Positions 24,425-36,959 of a stretch of DNA of 64,000 nt are shown here, piece by piece (within the stretch, counting starts at the first letter, position 1; each line of letters starts with the position of its first letter). The position numbers were made by a program, and so were the translations under genes. Origin of the DNA: Isurus oxyrinchus. Lineage: Eukaryota. The stretch covers positions 214,086,001-214,150,000 of the forward strand of contig JANJGN010000002.1 of NCBI GenBank assembly GCA_026770705.1, read 5' to 3'. A model generated the notes under the pieces. That model saw only the letters and a program-made list of their open reading frames with translations. It made no database searches and was not told where the DNA came from.

Positions 24425-25569
24425 CTTTTCTTCTCCGCCGATGCTGCCAGACCTGCTGAGTTTTTCCAGGTAATTCTGTTTTTGTTTTGGATTTCCAGCA
24501 TCCACAGTTTTTTTGTTTTTATGTAGTTTCCACGTTGCACCAGTAGGTAGCAGGCTACTGCTAAAAACAACATTACATGCTGACAAAAATCACACTCAAG
24601 TACCACCTGGCAGCCACAAGTTCTTTGTTTTGACAAGACATATTTTAACTTGAATGCACTCTCTCCACAATGGGAAAATGTGGAAATAAATTGTTAATAT
24701 GCATAAGACTTTACCAAATTCTAATTTGTTCCTGTCATTTGTCTTATTTTTCACAAAGTAATCAATTTGGGAATTGGCTCTAAGCTCTGAGCCCCATTCT
24801 GTGTTTTGCAGTATAAACACAACAATTTGCATTATGCAATACAGCCTGTCGTATTTTTTACACAACTGCCTGGGAGTGATAGAATGACAGATATGACTGA
24901 CAGCTGCAGCTGAAGAAGCAGTCCTTCAGCCCGAGGCTTCCGCTGTTATGGAATCCAACAATTTCCACAGCATCGGGGCAACACAAGAAATGTGCAAGAG
25001 TAGCTTTTGGATTGGAACAGTCCTCAATTTTGTTTTGCTAATCTTGGATACAATCTGCTGTCAGCTCAAGCAGTCAACATTTGTTTAAAAATTGCACTTG
25101 ATTGTGAAAAGCAAACAGGTTAGAGAAGTGTAAATTCCACTTCTGCCAGTAAAACCACTCTCGCTGATGAATTATGCACCTCCCTGTCTTTGGGGAAAGT
25201 ACTTTAGACTGATGATAATTTTAGCAGCAGAAAGAAAATTTCAAAAATATACACAGGAATGCAGAGTGGAATTAATTCCAGAGAGATGTCTAATGCCACA
25301 CAATGTACTTCAGTACAATTTTTCCTGCACTCATTAAAGTGAGAGAATTCAGCACAGGATGTTGGCATCGAAGTAATCATGTGTTATATGCTGGGAAGAA
25401 CTTCTAAGGAGAGACAGACTCCAAGGCCAGATCACATGTTTAATGGCATCATCATGCACTGGGTAGGCTCATAACATATGAATACATTACACTGCTTCTC
25501 CCTTTTAAAAAAATAGTTTTTTCACAAATTGTTTCCAGTTACACTAACTGTACAAATTCAAAAATACGT

Positions 25570-26455
25570 TGTGAAGAAGAAATAAGGGGTTTGCAGGCAG
25601 ATATAGATAAGTTGAGTGAGTGGGCAAAAATCTGGCAGATGGAGTATAATGTGGGAAAATGTGAAGTTGTTCACTTTGGCAGGAAGAATTAAAAAGCAGA
25701 GTATCACTTAAACGGAGAATTATTTAAATGCAGAATGACTGCAGAATTCCAAGGTGCAGAGGGATCTAGGTGTTGTTGTGCATGAGTCACAAAAAGTTAA
25801 TATGCAGGTAAGCATGTAATCAAGAAGGCTAATGGAATGCTATCCTTTATGTTACGCTTCAATTATACAAGACATTGGTGATACTGCATCTTGAATACTG
25901 TGTGTACTTTTGGTCTCCTTATTTAAGGAAGGATATAAATATATTGGAGGCAGTTCAGAGGAATCAGTTCAGTTCAGTTCAGATACCTGGAATGAGTGGG
26001 TTATCTTATGAGGATAGGTTGGACAAGTTGGGCCTGGAGTTTAGAAGAGTAAGGGGTGACTTGACTGAAGTATATAAGATCCTGAAGGGTCTTGACAAGG
26101 CAGATGCAGAAAAGATGTTTCCCTTTGTGGGTGCATCCAGAACAAAGGTGCACTGTTTCAAATTAGGGTTTGCCCTTATAGGACAGAGATGAGGAATATT
26201 TTTTTTCTCTGAGTGTTGTATGACTTTGGAACTCTCCGCCTCAGAAGGCAATGGAGCCGGGGTCACTGCGTATTTTTAAGACAGAGGTAGATAGATTCTT
26301 GTTAGGCAAGGGAATTAAAAGTTATCGGGGGTGGATGGGAATGTGGGGCTCAAAACACAAATGGATCAGCCATGATCTTATTGAATAGCAGAGCAGGCTC
26401 GAGGGGCCGAATGGCCTACTTCTGCCCCTATTTCGTATGTTCGTATGCTCGTATC
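25570..26455 (+). mobile_element. CR1 LINE 3' part
   Basis: [30 protein letters not shown]; HLEYCVYFWSPYLRKDINILEAVQR; tail ggccgaatggcctacttctg followed by (ttcgtatg)n. Confidence 0.9.
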
Positions 26456-26659
26456 AACAAATCTCTGTGAATATGCACATTTGGCAAAATAACAACTGAC
26501 CTTTTTTCTGTCTTTAACCTATATCTATCTAAATATATCCTACATAATTATGGTTGCCAACTCTGGCTGGACATATTCCGGGAGACATCAATGGAAGTTG
26601 CATCACGGAAAGCTGGTGGCATGGCTCAAGCAGGTTCTAAGAGAGCACGAGAGAGGAAA

Positions 26660-27590
26660 ACAAAGGACCACATCCCCCTTCCTACCTAAGTCATTGGTCC
26701 CAATGTGGACTACAATCTCTGGCTGATCACCCTCCTCCAGAAGAATGTCCTGCAGCCGCTCTGTGACATCCTTGACCCTGGCTCCAGGGAGGCAACATAC
26801 CATCCTGGTGTCACGTCTACGTGTGCAGAGACACCTGCCTGTTCCCCTAACTAATGAGTTCCCTATCATTACTGCTCTTCCTTTCTTCCTCCTCCCCTCC
26901 CATACAGATGAGCCACTCGTGGTGCAACAAACCTGGTTCTGACTGCCCTCCTCTGAGGAGTGCCATCTTCCAAAATTGAAAACTGATTTGTGAGTGGGAC
27001 CCCAGGGGACTCCTGCATGACCTGCCAAGTTCTCTTGGACTGCCTGGTGGTCACCCATTCCCTTTCTGTCTCTAGACTCCTAAGCTGTGGCATAATCACC
27101 TTTCTGAACATGCTAGCCACATAGCTCTCAGCCTCACAGGTGTGCCACAGTGACTCCAGCCGCTGCTTGTGCTCTGAAACCCAGAGCTTAAGGTTCTGCA
27201 GTTGGCAGCACTTCCTGCACTTGTGGTCATCTAGGACATCAGTAGCGTCCATGACTTCTCACATATTACAGGATGCACATTCCACTCGACTGAGCTGCCC
27301 TGCCATGTGTTAACTTTATTTTACTTAGGGTTATTTATATTACTTTATTACACTGGCTCTGACTTTTCCTTCTTCCTGATGTTTCTCACTTAAATCCAAG
27401 TACACTCCTTTAAAAATAATGCACTTTTCTAATATACAGCCATTTAAAGAGAGTTCCTAACAGCAGTTTCTTACCAACCAATGAGCTTACGGTTTTCCTA
27501 TGATATTATTATTTGTTTTTTCTCGCTCTTCTTTAGAACTCAGTGTGGGCCGGTTCTGAGCAGCTGACTGGTGTATCTCTCTGACTCTTA
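26660..27590 (-). mobile_element. CR1 5' UTR + ORF1 (Cys-rich zinc-binding region and SGNH esterase domain), inverted relative to the adjacent ORF2
   Basis: ATG at 27306: MAGQLSRVECASC..HKCRKCCQLQ; AVMIGNSLVRG..CCLPGARVKDV..VVHIGTND. Confidence 0.85.
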
Positions 27591-27594
27591 GATA

Positions 27595-28474
27595 AGTGGT
27601 TAACGGGTATGATATGGTTGCAATTACGGATTCATGGCTGCAGTGTGACGAAGGCTGGGAAATGAATATTCAAGGGTATTCAATATTTAGGAAGGACAGG
27701 CAAAAGGAAAAGAAGGTGGGGTGGCATTGTTAGTTAAGGATGAAACTAGTGCAATAGTGAGAAAGGATATTGGCTCAGAAACTCTAGATGTCAAATCATT
27801 CTCAGTGGAGCTAAGAAGCAACAGTCCAATCCCAAACTAGGGTCCTAAATCTAAACAAAGGAAACTCTGAAGATATCAGGAGTGAGTTGGGCTACGATAG
27901 ATAAGGGGACTTCATTAAAAGGTAGATAGGCAATGGCTAATAATTAAGGAACAAATGCATTAATTGCAGTGGTTATACATTCCTTTCTGGTGCAAAAACA
28001 AAACAGAAAAGCAGCCAAACCATGGCTAACAAAAGAAATTAAGGATAGTATTAGGTCAGAAGAGGAGTCATATAAAGTGCTAGAAAAAGTAGCAAGCCAG
28101 AGGATTGAGAACAGTGTAGAATTCCACAAAGAAGGACCAAGAGATTGATGAAGAGGGGAAAAATAGAGTATGAGAGTAAACTAGCAAGGAGCATAAAAGC
28201 AGATTGTAAAAGCTTCTATAAGTATGTAAAAAGAAAAAGATTAGTGAAGACAAATGTAGGTCCCTTACAGTCCAAAACGGGAGAATTTATAATAGAGAAC
28301 AAGGAAGTGGCACAGCAATTAAACAACTACTTTAGTTCTGTCTTCACGGAGGGAGATACAAATAACTTCCCAGAAATGTTATGGAAACAAGGGTCTAGTG
28401 AGAAAGAGGAATTGAAGGAAATTAGTATCACTAAAAAAGTAGTGCTGGAGAAATCAATTGGCCTGAAAGCCAAT
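27595..28474 (+). mobile_element. CR1 ORF2 fragment (endonuclease and linker)
   Basis: NGYDMVAITDSWLQ..WEMNIQGYSIFRKDR; EYESKLARSIKADCKSFYKYVK..LNNYFSSVFT; ends at the Harbinger TIR. Confidence 0.85.
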
Positions 28475-30370
28475 GGCCGGGATTTTCCGTACCTGCCAGT
28501 GTCGGGCGTGTTGTGTGACTTGAATGGACAATATGACGCGATCGGTTTCACGATGGCATGAAACCAGTTTGCGATCGTCCGCTCGTGTTCTCCACCATCA
28601 GAGGTTGGGAAACTCATTGTAATGCATCAGCATATCGTTATTAGGCCTGCCTGCCGGAATCATCCCCTTCCTGCTGGATCGTCTGCCCACGTCTGCAGGA
28701 AAGCACGCCAGTGTAGAACATGTCTTGATAAGTGTGATGTGCGGAAGCCAGGACTCACTCACCAGGGCTTTGCCCACGTTGTGGATATCCGAAGATAGCA
28801 GAAGATGTTAGAGCCCGACACCAACAGAACATGGAGGAATGTCCATGGCACTCTGGGTTGAATCTCATGGACATGGCTCTGCTGGGAAGCAGCTCACGGA
28901 AGTTGGATAGTCACCATTGATGGTCAAGGAGGCGGGAGAGGAAGGGCTAGGATCAGCTGGGAGAGGAAGAGGAGAGGTGAGGTTGGGAGGGGGGAAATGA
29001 AGGTATCAGGATGGGGGGAGGTTGGGAGGGGGGGGGAATGAAGTTGTCAGGGTTGGGGGAGGTTGGTGGGGGATGGAGGAGGTTGGGAGAGGAGGAATGA
29101 AGTTGTCAGGGTTGGGGGAGGTTGGTGGGGGACAATGAGGGTTTAGGATGGGGGAGGTTGCCGGTTGGAGAATGAAGGTGTCAGAAGAGGGGAAGGTTGG
29201 GAGGGGGAATGGCGGGGGGAGGGGGGTAATGGGGGAGAAGACTGCAAATGGGGAGATAGGTGTAAGGAGGGTGGAGGGTGCAAGGGAAGGAGTGCAGAGA
29301 GGGGAGGGTGTCCAGGGTGAGGAAGGGGTGTGGAGAGTGGAGGGGGTCTGGATGGAGGAAGGAATGCGGAGAGGAGAGGGTGTCTGGGGAGGAAGGGGTG
29401 CTGAGAGGGGAGGAAGCAAGGATTGAGTAAGAATAAGAGTGGAGGCAGGATTCAGGAAAGGGACAGGAATAAGGCTGGAGGAAAAAGTGATGCTGGAGGA
29501 AGAAGTGATGCTGGAGGAAGAAGTGAAGCTGAAGGAAGAGGTAAGACTAGAGGAAGGAGTCAGGAGGGGAGAGGGACTAAGGGTGGCTGAGGAGTGAGTC
29601 AGGAAGGGGGAGGGACTAAGCAGGTGGGGGTGTCTGGAGGGGTGGGTGGCCTGTGCAGGGGTGGGGGGAAGGGGTTCCAGGAGGAAAGGGGTTCTGAGGG
29701 AAGGGGTGCGGGGGGCTGATGTGCAGGGAGTGTGCATGCCAGGGGTCGGATAGGTCCATATCTGCATCCTGGGGAGCGAGCTGAGGGTGGCCCTGGTGTG
29801 GAGGAAGGGTGAGAATGACCGAGGGCAAAGCGAAGCGGTAGGGTGGGAAGGTGAGGGTTCGACGTAGTGATAGAAGGGATGGCGAGGGTGGTTGGTGGGG
29901 ACCCGGAGGCAGACGGGGTGGGAAGAAGGAGGTCGGGGAAGTGAATGTGGGTGGGGGTGGGATTTTCAAGAAGGAAGGGAATGTGCACATTCACCTGGAC
30001 GTCCCCAAAGGAAAAGGATTGTGGCTGGTAGGTAACGGACGGGAGGTGGAAGATGATGCCGGGCGGGAGGACGGGGGCAGTCAGCTGTGATGGGGGAGAA
30101 GAAATGGGTGTCTCGGGGAGGGTAAAGGATGGGGGAGCGAAAGTAAAACTGAATTAGCACCATGCTGTCCAAATCGAAAATAAAACGACAGCCGTGGTGA
30201 GTGAGACCAGGTGCTGCATGGGAGTGTGATCATTGGGTGGACAGAGATGCAGGGCAGCTCAGATGGACAACTGAAAGCGAACCCCAGCAGGCAGGACATT
30301 AAGATGAGTGTGAAATGCGAAGGATGATGAAGCATGGGAGAGGACCATAAACATTTTTGACATCTCCCAT
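28475..30370 (-). mobile_element. Harbinger family copy B (one end, truncated)
   Basis: Begins GGCCGGGATTTTCC; colinear with 12698-14600 and with the reverse complement of 62600-64000. Confidence 0.8.
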
Positions 30371-31002
30371 GTCCCATTTGTGTGACTTGTGAGGTGGGGA
30401 TGGAGCTCAGAACACAAAACTGTTAATTATTCCCGAAACCATGTTCTCTTTTGTTTGTGTTGAACTGACATTTCTGACTGAACTGTTTTCATTCAACTTT
30501 AGCAGTTTTCTTAATAAATTTTGGTAAATTCATGAAAAACACAGTAGGCATATACCTTGTGGTGGAGTGTGGAGTTGTTCTATGCTACAGCAAAAAATTA
30601 GCTCATCTCTATTTCATGCTGAATCCTGAGCATCTATGCAGCAGTTGTTCCTTGAGTGCTTCTTTGACTATTCTCACATATCTTTCTGCTGCTACATTTG
30701 GTGTTGCATGATAGGGAGGAGTGAGGGTATGTTGGATGCCATTTTGTTATATGAAATTCTGGAACAGAACAGAACAAAATTGAGGGCCTTTATCTGAGAC
30801 AAGCTCCTCTGGTAAACCATGACAACAAAAATGGGTCATAACTTGTCTATTCTTGCAGCATTGTTGTTTGACCTATATGCTTTATGTCGATCCACTTAGA
30901 GTGACTGTGAATAATCACCAAGAAATTGTTATTTTCCTTTTCGCAAAGCTCTTTATGCACACTTCAAAATGGTTGAGTCAACCGTAACCATGGTTATAAA
31001 GA

Positions 31003-31165
31003 TGTTTTAGATGGAGAGAGAAACAGGGTTAACATTCTGAGTCCATATGACCCTCGAAACATTAACTCTGTTTCTCTCTCCAAAGATGCTGCTAGACCTG
31101 GTGAGTTTTTCTAGCATTTTCTGTTTTTGTTTCAGATTTCCAGCATCTGCAGTATTTTATTTTTA
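31003..31165. mobile_element. Miniature PLE-tail insertion with inverted 5' part
   Basis: gagagagaaacagggttaac...ttaactctgtttctctctc palindrome followed by a PLE-type tail gatgctgctagacctg..ttcagatttccagcatctgcag. Confidence 0.7.
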
Positions 31166-32074
31166 CATTTGCTAACCCATTTGATTCTAGATCGCCATCT
31201 GGACAAGGCCAATAAACAAAACTTCTGTCTATGGATTTCATGCTAACTATACCCACGAGTTCAGTATGAATTTCTGCCAGAATTTTGTCTCTTAAGTACC
31301 ACTGTGTGACCCCACTTAATGTAGCCCTGTTCACATGACAACTCATTTCGTCAACTGTGGAAAGGTTTCAGTTCCTTGTCTGTGCAACACATCAAACTCT
31401 GTCCGACCATTTAAAGTCAGTTCGTAGTCTCTTTTGAAAACTAGATCCATCTTAGTTTCAGCTGCAATTTCAATTGCAGTGATATGGAAATCCTCATCCA
31501 CAACTCCTATTGTGAAGATTGCATCTTCACAGCCTACTTTTGAGTCTTCATGCAGCAACCATGACCGTGCTTCGACTATAGCATTCTCTTTTGAACTACT
31601 TTGAAAATTCATTGTTGTAGTCAATCCGTGAGAGAAGTACAGCCCATCGCCGCATTCTTGATGCTGTCATTGTCAGTATTGCAGACTTCGGTCCCAGAAT
31701 AGCTATTAATGACCTGTAACTAGCGTGACATAACTATCCAGCAAAAAACTGATGAAACGTTTTGATTCTGAAAATGATTCTTAACACTTCCTTTTCTACC
31801 TGCTTGTAGGTTTGTTCATTCTTGGTCAGTGTAGGTGCTGTAAATGCTATGGACTTCTCATGACCATCATCCATGACATGACTGATTACTCCAACACTAT
31901 AGCTTGAAGCAGCACATACAAGCTTCAGATCATGATTTATGTCGCAATGAATGGGTTGTGCATCACTGGTCAAGCTTACCTCACATGCATCGTAAGCATC
32001 TTATTGCACTTTAAGCCGTTCATATTTTCCATCTTTCATCAACTCATGTACGGAGCTTGCACTGTTGCAAACTC

Positions 32075-33165
32075 AGGCTGAAATCATGAGCTCCCCAACG
32101 TCATATTGGAGGGGTACCCTTTGGGAGAATCCCCTTCGGAAGTTCACAGGTAAGGTTTGCAAGGAAATTGCCCAGAAGTGCAAACTTCCCCTGGGCAATT
32201 TCACTGCAATGGGAACCATCTGAAAATGCAATTTAAATTGCAAACTTCGCAGGGTTATGGGTTACACCAATAGTTATCCAGTAAAACTTAGAAGGATTAA
32301 AACCACTTCTAGCTTCTGAGTAACTATTGTACAGTCCCAGACCAAACCCCCATGGGACTTCCTCATATCCCTGACACTCCAGGGGACACACCCCACTCCC
32401 CAACTACCCAACCCCATGGGGCTCACCCAACCACCTGACTCCCAGGGGTCACCTACCACCCCCCCCCCCCCAACTAGCCCCCCACCATGGGAGTCCGCGC
32501 ACGTGTTTCTTCCATCCACGAAGCCTGACACCCTTCCCCTCATCCCCCCCCCCCCCCCCCCCATAATGAGGCCCAACACCCTAGCCCCACACTTCTGCAG
32601 GCCCTACCCAACCTGACCTGACCCCCCAACTCAAGAGCTGAAACATCACTGAAGCCCAACACTCTCCCTTCTACGCATAGGGCCCCAAGGCCCGAACTTC
32701 CACCCCGAGACCTGGCACCATCATGCCACACCCTCCGAGGCCCTACACCATCCCCCCACCACCCCCAGGCCCAACCCGAGGCCTGACCTCCCCAGTCCCT
32801 GACCTCTGACTACCGACCTTTGACTCCCCGACATCTGATCCCCCTCTGACCCCCGATCCCCCTTCCATCCACCAAATCCTATCCACTTATTTTCTCCCTG
32901 GCCTGTTGAGTACCTTTGAATTTCAACGGACCTTTAAACTTACCTGGTTTACGGCAGCCAGTGCCATAAAAAATGGGGCATAGCTTCCTTCACTTCAACT
33001 CACCTGGACTTCGACGCTGGACTCCAGAAATGCGCTGCAGTGCCTGGATCTCGCCCTGCCTGAGTTGGAGGGTCAGGAGAGATAGCATCAAAAAAAATCG
33101 AGCTAGGTACTTGAGCATGAAATGCCAGTCCAACACTGATTACCACTCCGAAGTAGTTCAGGCCC
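32075..33165. mobile_element. Probable non-autonomous DNA transposon (Harbinger-like ends) inside Gypsy
   Basis: Interrupts Gypsy RT/RNase H between FLG.. and ..LATVQAP; ends aggctgaaat / agttcaggccc; C-rich interior. Confidence 0.45.
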
Positions 33166-33442
33166 ATTGAACGATATCCTAGAAAAGATCCAAGCTCAGG
33201 CACATCTTTTGGTTTCAGAGCATTAACAAAAGCCTACATCATCTCTTTCACTGGCTCTAGCCCTTTCTCAGCCTTGGATTGCACAAGTGTACACTTGCTC
33301 CATTTCAACTTCAGATAGTGATCATTAAGTCTCATTAGCATTTCATCTAACACTTGAAGAGTCTTTTCCTCTGTTGTGATCAAAGTCAACACATCATCCT
33401 GGTTGCACAAGCAATGTGGCACTCCTTGCAAAATCTTATTTA

Positions 33443-33780
33443 CAATTATAGTGACTCAAAACTGGCAACTTCAGGATTGGAGCCACGCCGGTTTTTGGAT
33501 GTTGCCGGATTTCGGGTCGGGCAACTCGGCCCCTGGGCGGTCTGGGCCAAGCCGGGTCAGGTGGGGTCAAGGGTCGCTTGGAGTGTGGGAATAGACGCAA
33601 GTGGCAAAGTAGATAATTAGTCTGGTGCCACATTGCACCGATGCAGCACCTAGCCGAATTGTCCAGGTAAATTATTTTTTATTTTACTCAATTAAGATTG
33701 AGGCATGGCGCATTATAAGAATGTCTGGTTTTCAGACTATTCCAGTTTTTGGACAGCCGGACTTGAAACACTGATAGCTT
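33443..33780. mobile_element. Probable Tc1/Tigger-like MITE inside Gypsy RT
   Basis: Interrupts ..KIFQ|..KILQGVP; degenerate inverted ends attatagtgactcaaaactggc / gccggacttgaaacactgatag. Confidence 0.45.
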
Positions 33781-34824
33781 GGAAGATTTTAGAGAAGACT
33801 TCACTCCATAGGACAGCTTCGTGTAGGAGTATAACCCTATGTGTTATCATGAGATACTGCTGGTTCACTTGGTGCACATTGAGCTGTGCATAAACATAGA
33901 ACAAATCAAACTTGGTGAATATCTTGGATCCCACTAACTTTGCATAATCTTGAGAGGTTGGTAGTAGATACTACTTATTATCAAGTGCCCGGTTGATTGT
34001 ATCTTTGTAGTCCCTGCATAGTCTCATGCGTTTGTCTGACAACCACTACCTCCCTTAGCCTCCGGCCCAGGGCAACCACTACTTCCCTTCCACTGCCCCA
34101 TGTGTCCACCACCCAACATATCCCTCCCATGACCAACTATCTTCCCTTCTGCCACCACTGCTATCTTCCTCTCACTGTAGCGTGGAATGTAGATGGTCTA
34201 GTGAAAAACATAAAGCTAGGAGGAAAATGTTAGATTCACATTTTGAATGAATAAAATAAAAGCAATTTTAGTGTGAGAAAGAAAGAGAAAGAGATTGGGA
34301 TTGAAATTGCATCAATAGCATTGTTCCAGAGTTCTGCATTAGTAAGAAATGGGCAGAAAGGCTTGAATGGATTTTCTTTCATTCCCTGTTCCCTTATGTT
34401 TCTGATTTGTTGGAATGCTTCGTATATTGCAGTTAATCAGCTGCTAAATGATCCGATTGATAAATCAGTAGTTTACTGTTGCCTGTTGGCTCTGAAATTC
34501 ATTACGTTCATCCTTTCCCCATTTTCTCTTGGTCCTCTGTCACTTTCTGTATTTATGTGAATGGGACTGGCTTCACCATATCACTGCAGCAGTAATAGTA
34601 CGTTGATGTGAGATTGCAGAGATATGAAGGAACTAGAAATATAAAAGAAAGATTTACTACCAGTCTCAGCAGCTTCTGTAAACTCAAAGGATACTTTTAT
34701 GATATGAATTCAGGGGCTGTTATAATTAAACAACACATGCATATTTTGACATTCAACAGCATATGTAGACAACTCAGTATTTAATATTTAAATAAATATG
34801 CTTTCCAAAGCATTCAGAGTTCCA

Positions 34825-35070
34825 AAATAAAACAACAGAAAATGCTGAAAACTCTCAGCAGGTCAAGCAACATCTGTGGAGTGAGAAACAGAAATGTTTC
34901 AGCTTCATGACCTTAGAATTGGAAGAAGTTCAAGATTTAGCAGACTCTAAGCATTACAGAGGCGAGGAAAGAAAAGGGAGGAAAGACAAAAGAAAACGTC
35001 TATGAAAGGGTTTAAATGACACAGGAATGATGGTGCAATGCAAATTTCATTGGTACTGGGATCATAAAGA
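34825..35070 (-). mobile_element. Older PLE 3' tail fragment
   Basis: aaaataaaacaacagaaaatgctgaaaactctcagcaggtcaagcaacatctgtggag, a diverged relative of the tails at 22700 and 46030. Confidence 0.6.
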
Positions 35071-35074
35071 ACCA

Positions 35075-35530
35075 GGAGGAGATTGTGGATCAGGGGTTGA
35101 GGAGGTTATGGGTCAGGGGCTGAGGAGGTTGTGGGTCAGGGGCTGAGGAGGTTGTGGGTCAGGGGCTGAGGAGGTTGTGGGTCGGGGGTTGAGGAGGTTG
35201 TGGGTCAGGGGTTGAGGAGGTTGTAGTTCAGGGGTTGAGGAGGTTGTGGGTTGGGGTTGAGGAGGTTGTGGATTGAGAATTGAAGGGATTGTGGATCGGG
35301 GCTGAGGAGATTGTGGGTCAGTGGTTGAGGAGGTTGTGGGTCGGGGGTTGAGGAGGTTGTGGGTCGGGTGTTGAGGAGGTTGTGAATTGGAGGGTGAGGA
35401 GATAGTAGGTTGAGAATTGAAGGGGTTATGGATCGGGGGTTGAGGAGGTTGTGGGTTGAAGGTTGAGGAGATTATGGGGTGGGAGCTGAGGAGATCATGA
35501 GGCGAGGTTCTGTGGAGATTGTGGGTCAAG
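35075..35530. repeat. 23-bp G-rich minisatellite (GGGTCAGGGGYTGAGGAGGTTGT)n, about 19 units
   Basis: Tandem units read directly from the sequence. Confidence 0.9.
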
Positions 35531-36354
35531 TTCAGTGTCAGGGCCTCGATAAGGGGGTCAAGGGTTTTTGGATGCCCTTTATCCTTTAAAAGGATTTTTA
35601 AAGCTGGACAGTATAATATGTCTTGATAATTGACTTCCTTTACTATTTAATTAAACAAAAATCCTAAACAATCTAAAGGGGGTAGCAGACATTAGCCCAT
35701 CTGTGACATGAATGCATTTTCATGGGGAATTTTGCAATTGGCTTCTTCAAGTCTCTTCACGCAATTGGTCTCAAAGAGGAGCAAGAGGTCTCTTTCTAAG
35801 TGCAAACACTATCACTTCCTATATAGTCTGCTTCCTGCTGAATGCAACATTACCTGATGTTTTATAACCAGCCAGTTGTTTGGACTGATTACCATGCAGC
35901 AATGAGAGGCTCCATGACTTTTCACATCATATTGTTACTGCCTCTCATTGCTTTTCCCAAGCCATAGTTTTATTGTAAACAACATTTGATGTATGCTTCA
36001 TTGCTATGTATTGATATTTTCAGTGCAACAATCTCATTCTCTTACACTACACCCTGCTAGGGTAAAAACCTATGGTTTGAAAATTTACGTATTTCAATCT
36101 TAATAATAATTAAGCTCAATATCTAGATGTGTAAAGTCTTCCAGTGCTTTCAGTAATATCTTTACAGTTCAATGCCTTTGCCCATGAAATTCATCCTTCT
36201 CTAATGTTATCAGTGTCACTGAGGGGGTAAAGGCAAGCCTTTTGAGAACATGATTGAAACCAGTTCTGTTCACATTATTTTACAGTCTTTGTGAAATTTT
36301 GAAGTAAATTAAAAAGGTATTGTTGTTTTAGAAGAGTAGACATCCTGCATCAGG

Positions 36355-36950
36355 ATGAAGGTTATGAGTCGGGGGGAGATTTGAGGTGAGGGGAGATATG
36401 GGGTGAGGGGAGATTGTGGGTTTGGGGGAGATTGTGGATTGGGGGGAGGTTGAGGGTCAGAGGAGATTGTGGATCGCGGGACTTGTGGGTTGAAGGAGAT
36501 TGTGGGTCAGGGTGATTGAGGGTTGGGGGAAATTGAGGGTCAGGGAGGTTCTCGGTCGGGGGAGATTGAGGGTCAAAGGAGGTTGTGGGACGGGGGACGT
36601 TGTGGGTCAGGGGAAGTTGTGGGCTGGGGGGATTGAGGGTCAGGGCAGGTTGTGGGTTCGGGGAGGTTGTGGGTTCGGTGAGGTTGTAGGTTGGGAGGTT
36701 GGGAGGTTGTGGGCTGGGATTGTTATGGGTTGTAGGTTTTGGTGGGTCGGGGGTGTTGTGGGTCAGGGGACATTGGGGATTGAAGGAGATTCTGGGTCAC
36801 AGCAATTGAGGGTTGGGGGAGACTGAGGGTCAGGGGAGGCTGTGGGTCAGGGGACATTGTGGGTTAGGGGAGGTCATGGGTTAGGGGGGTTGTGGGTTGG
36901 GGGTTTTGGCGAGTCAGGGGTGTTGTGGGTCGGTGGGGTTACTGTGGGTT
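36355..36950. repeat. About 20-bp G-rich degenerate minisatellite (GGGTCAGGGGGAGRTTGT-like); resumes at about 39020-39180
   Basis: Repeated ttgtgggt..gggggagattg units on both sides of the LTR-element insertion. Confidence 0.8.
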
Positions 36951-36959
36951 GCAGAATAT

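Larger units (their letters stand above)
19461..24520. mobile_element. Penelope-like element composite: minus-strand partial tandem (19461-23851) joined head-to-head to a plus-strand 3' piece (23851-24520)
   Basis: 13-bp TSD ATGTAGTTTCCAC at 19448-19460 and 24521-24533; three copies of the 3' region; unit boundary near 22697. Confidence 0.95.
30430..34050 (-). mobile_element. Decayed Ty3/Gypsy pol (RT - RNase H - integrase)
   Basis: GSKIFTKFDL..YAQL and ILQGVPHCLCNQDDVL (RT); LVCAASSYSVGVISH..IAF..YKQVEKE (RNase H); HGLPEELVSDKGPQF and AERYV..RTTPHSTT (integrase), in Gypsy domain order. Confidence 0.85.
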
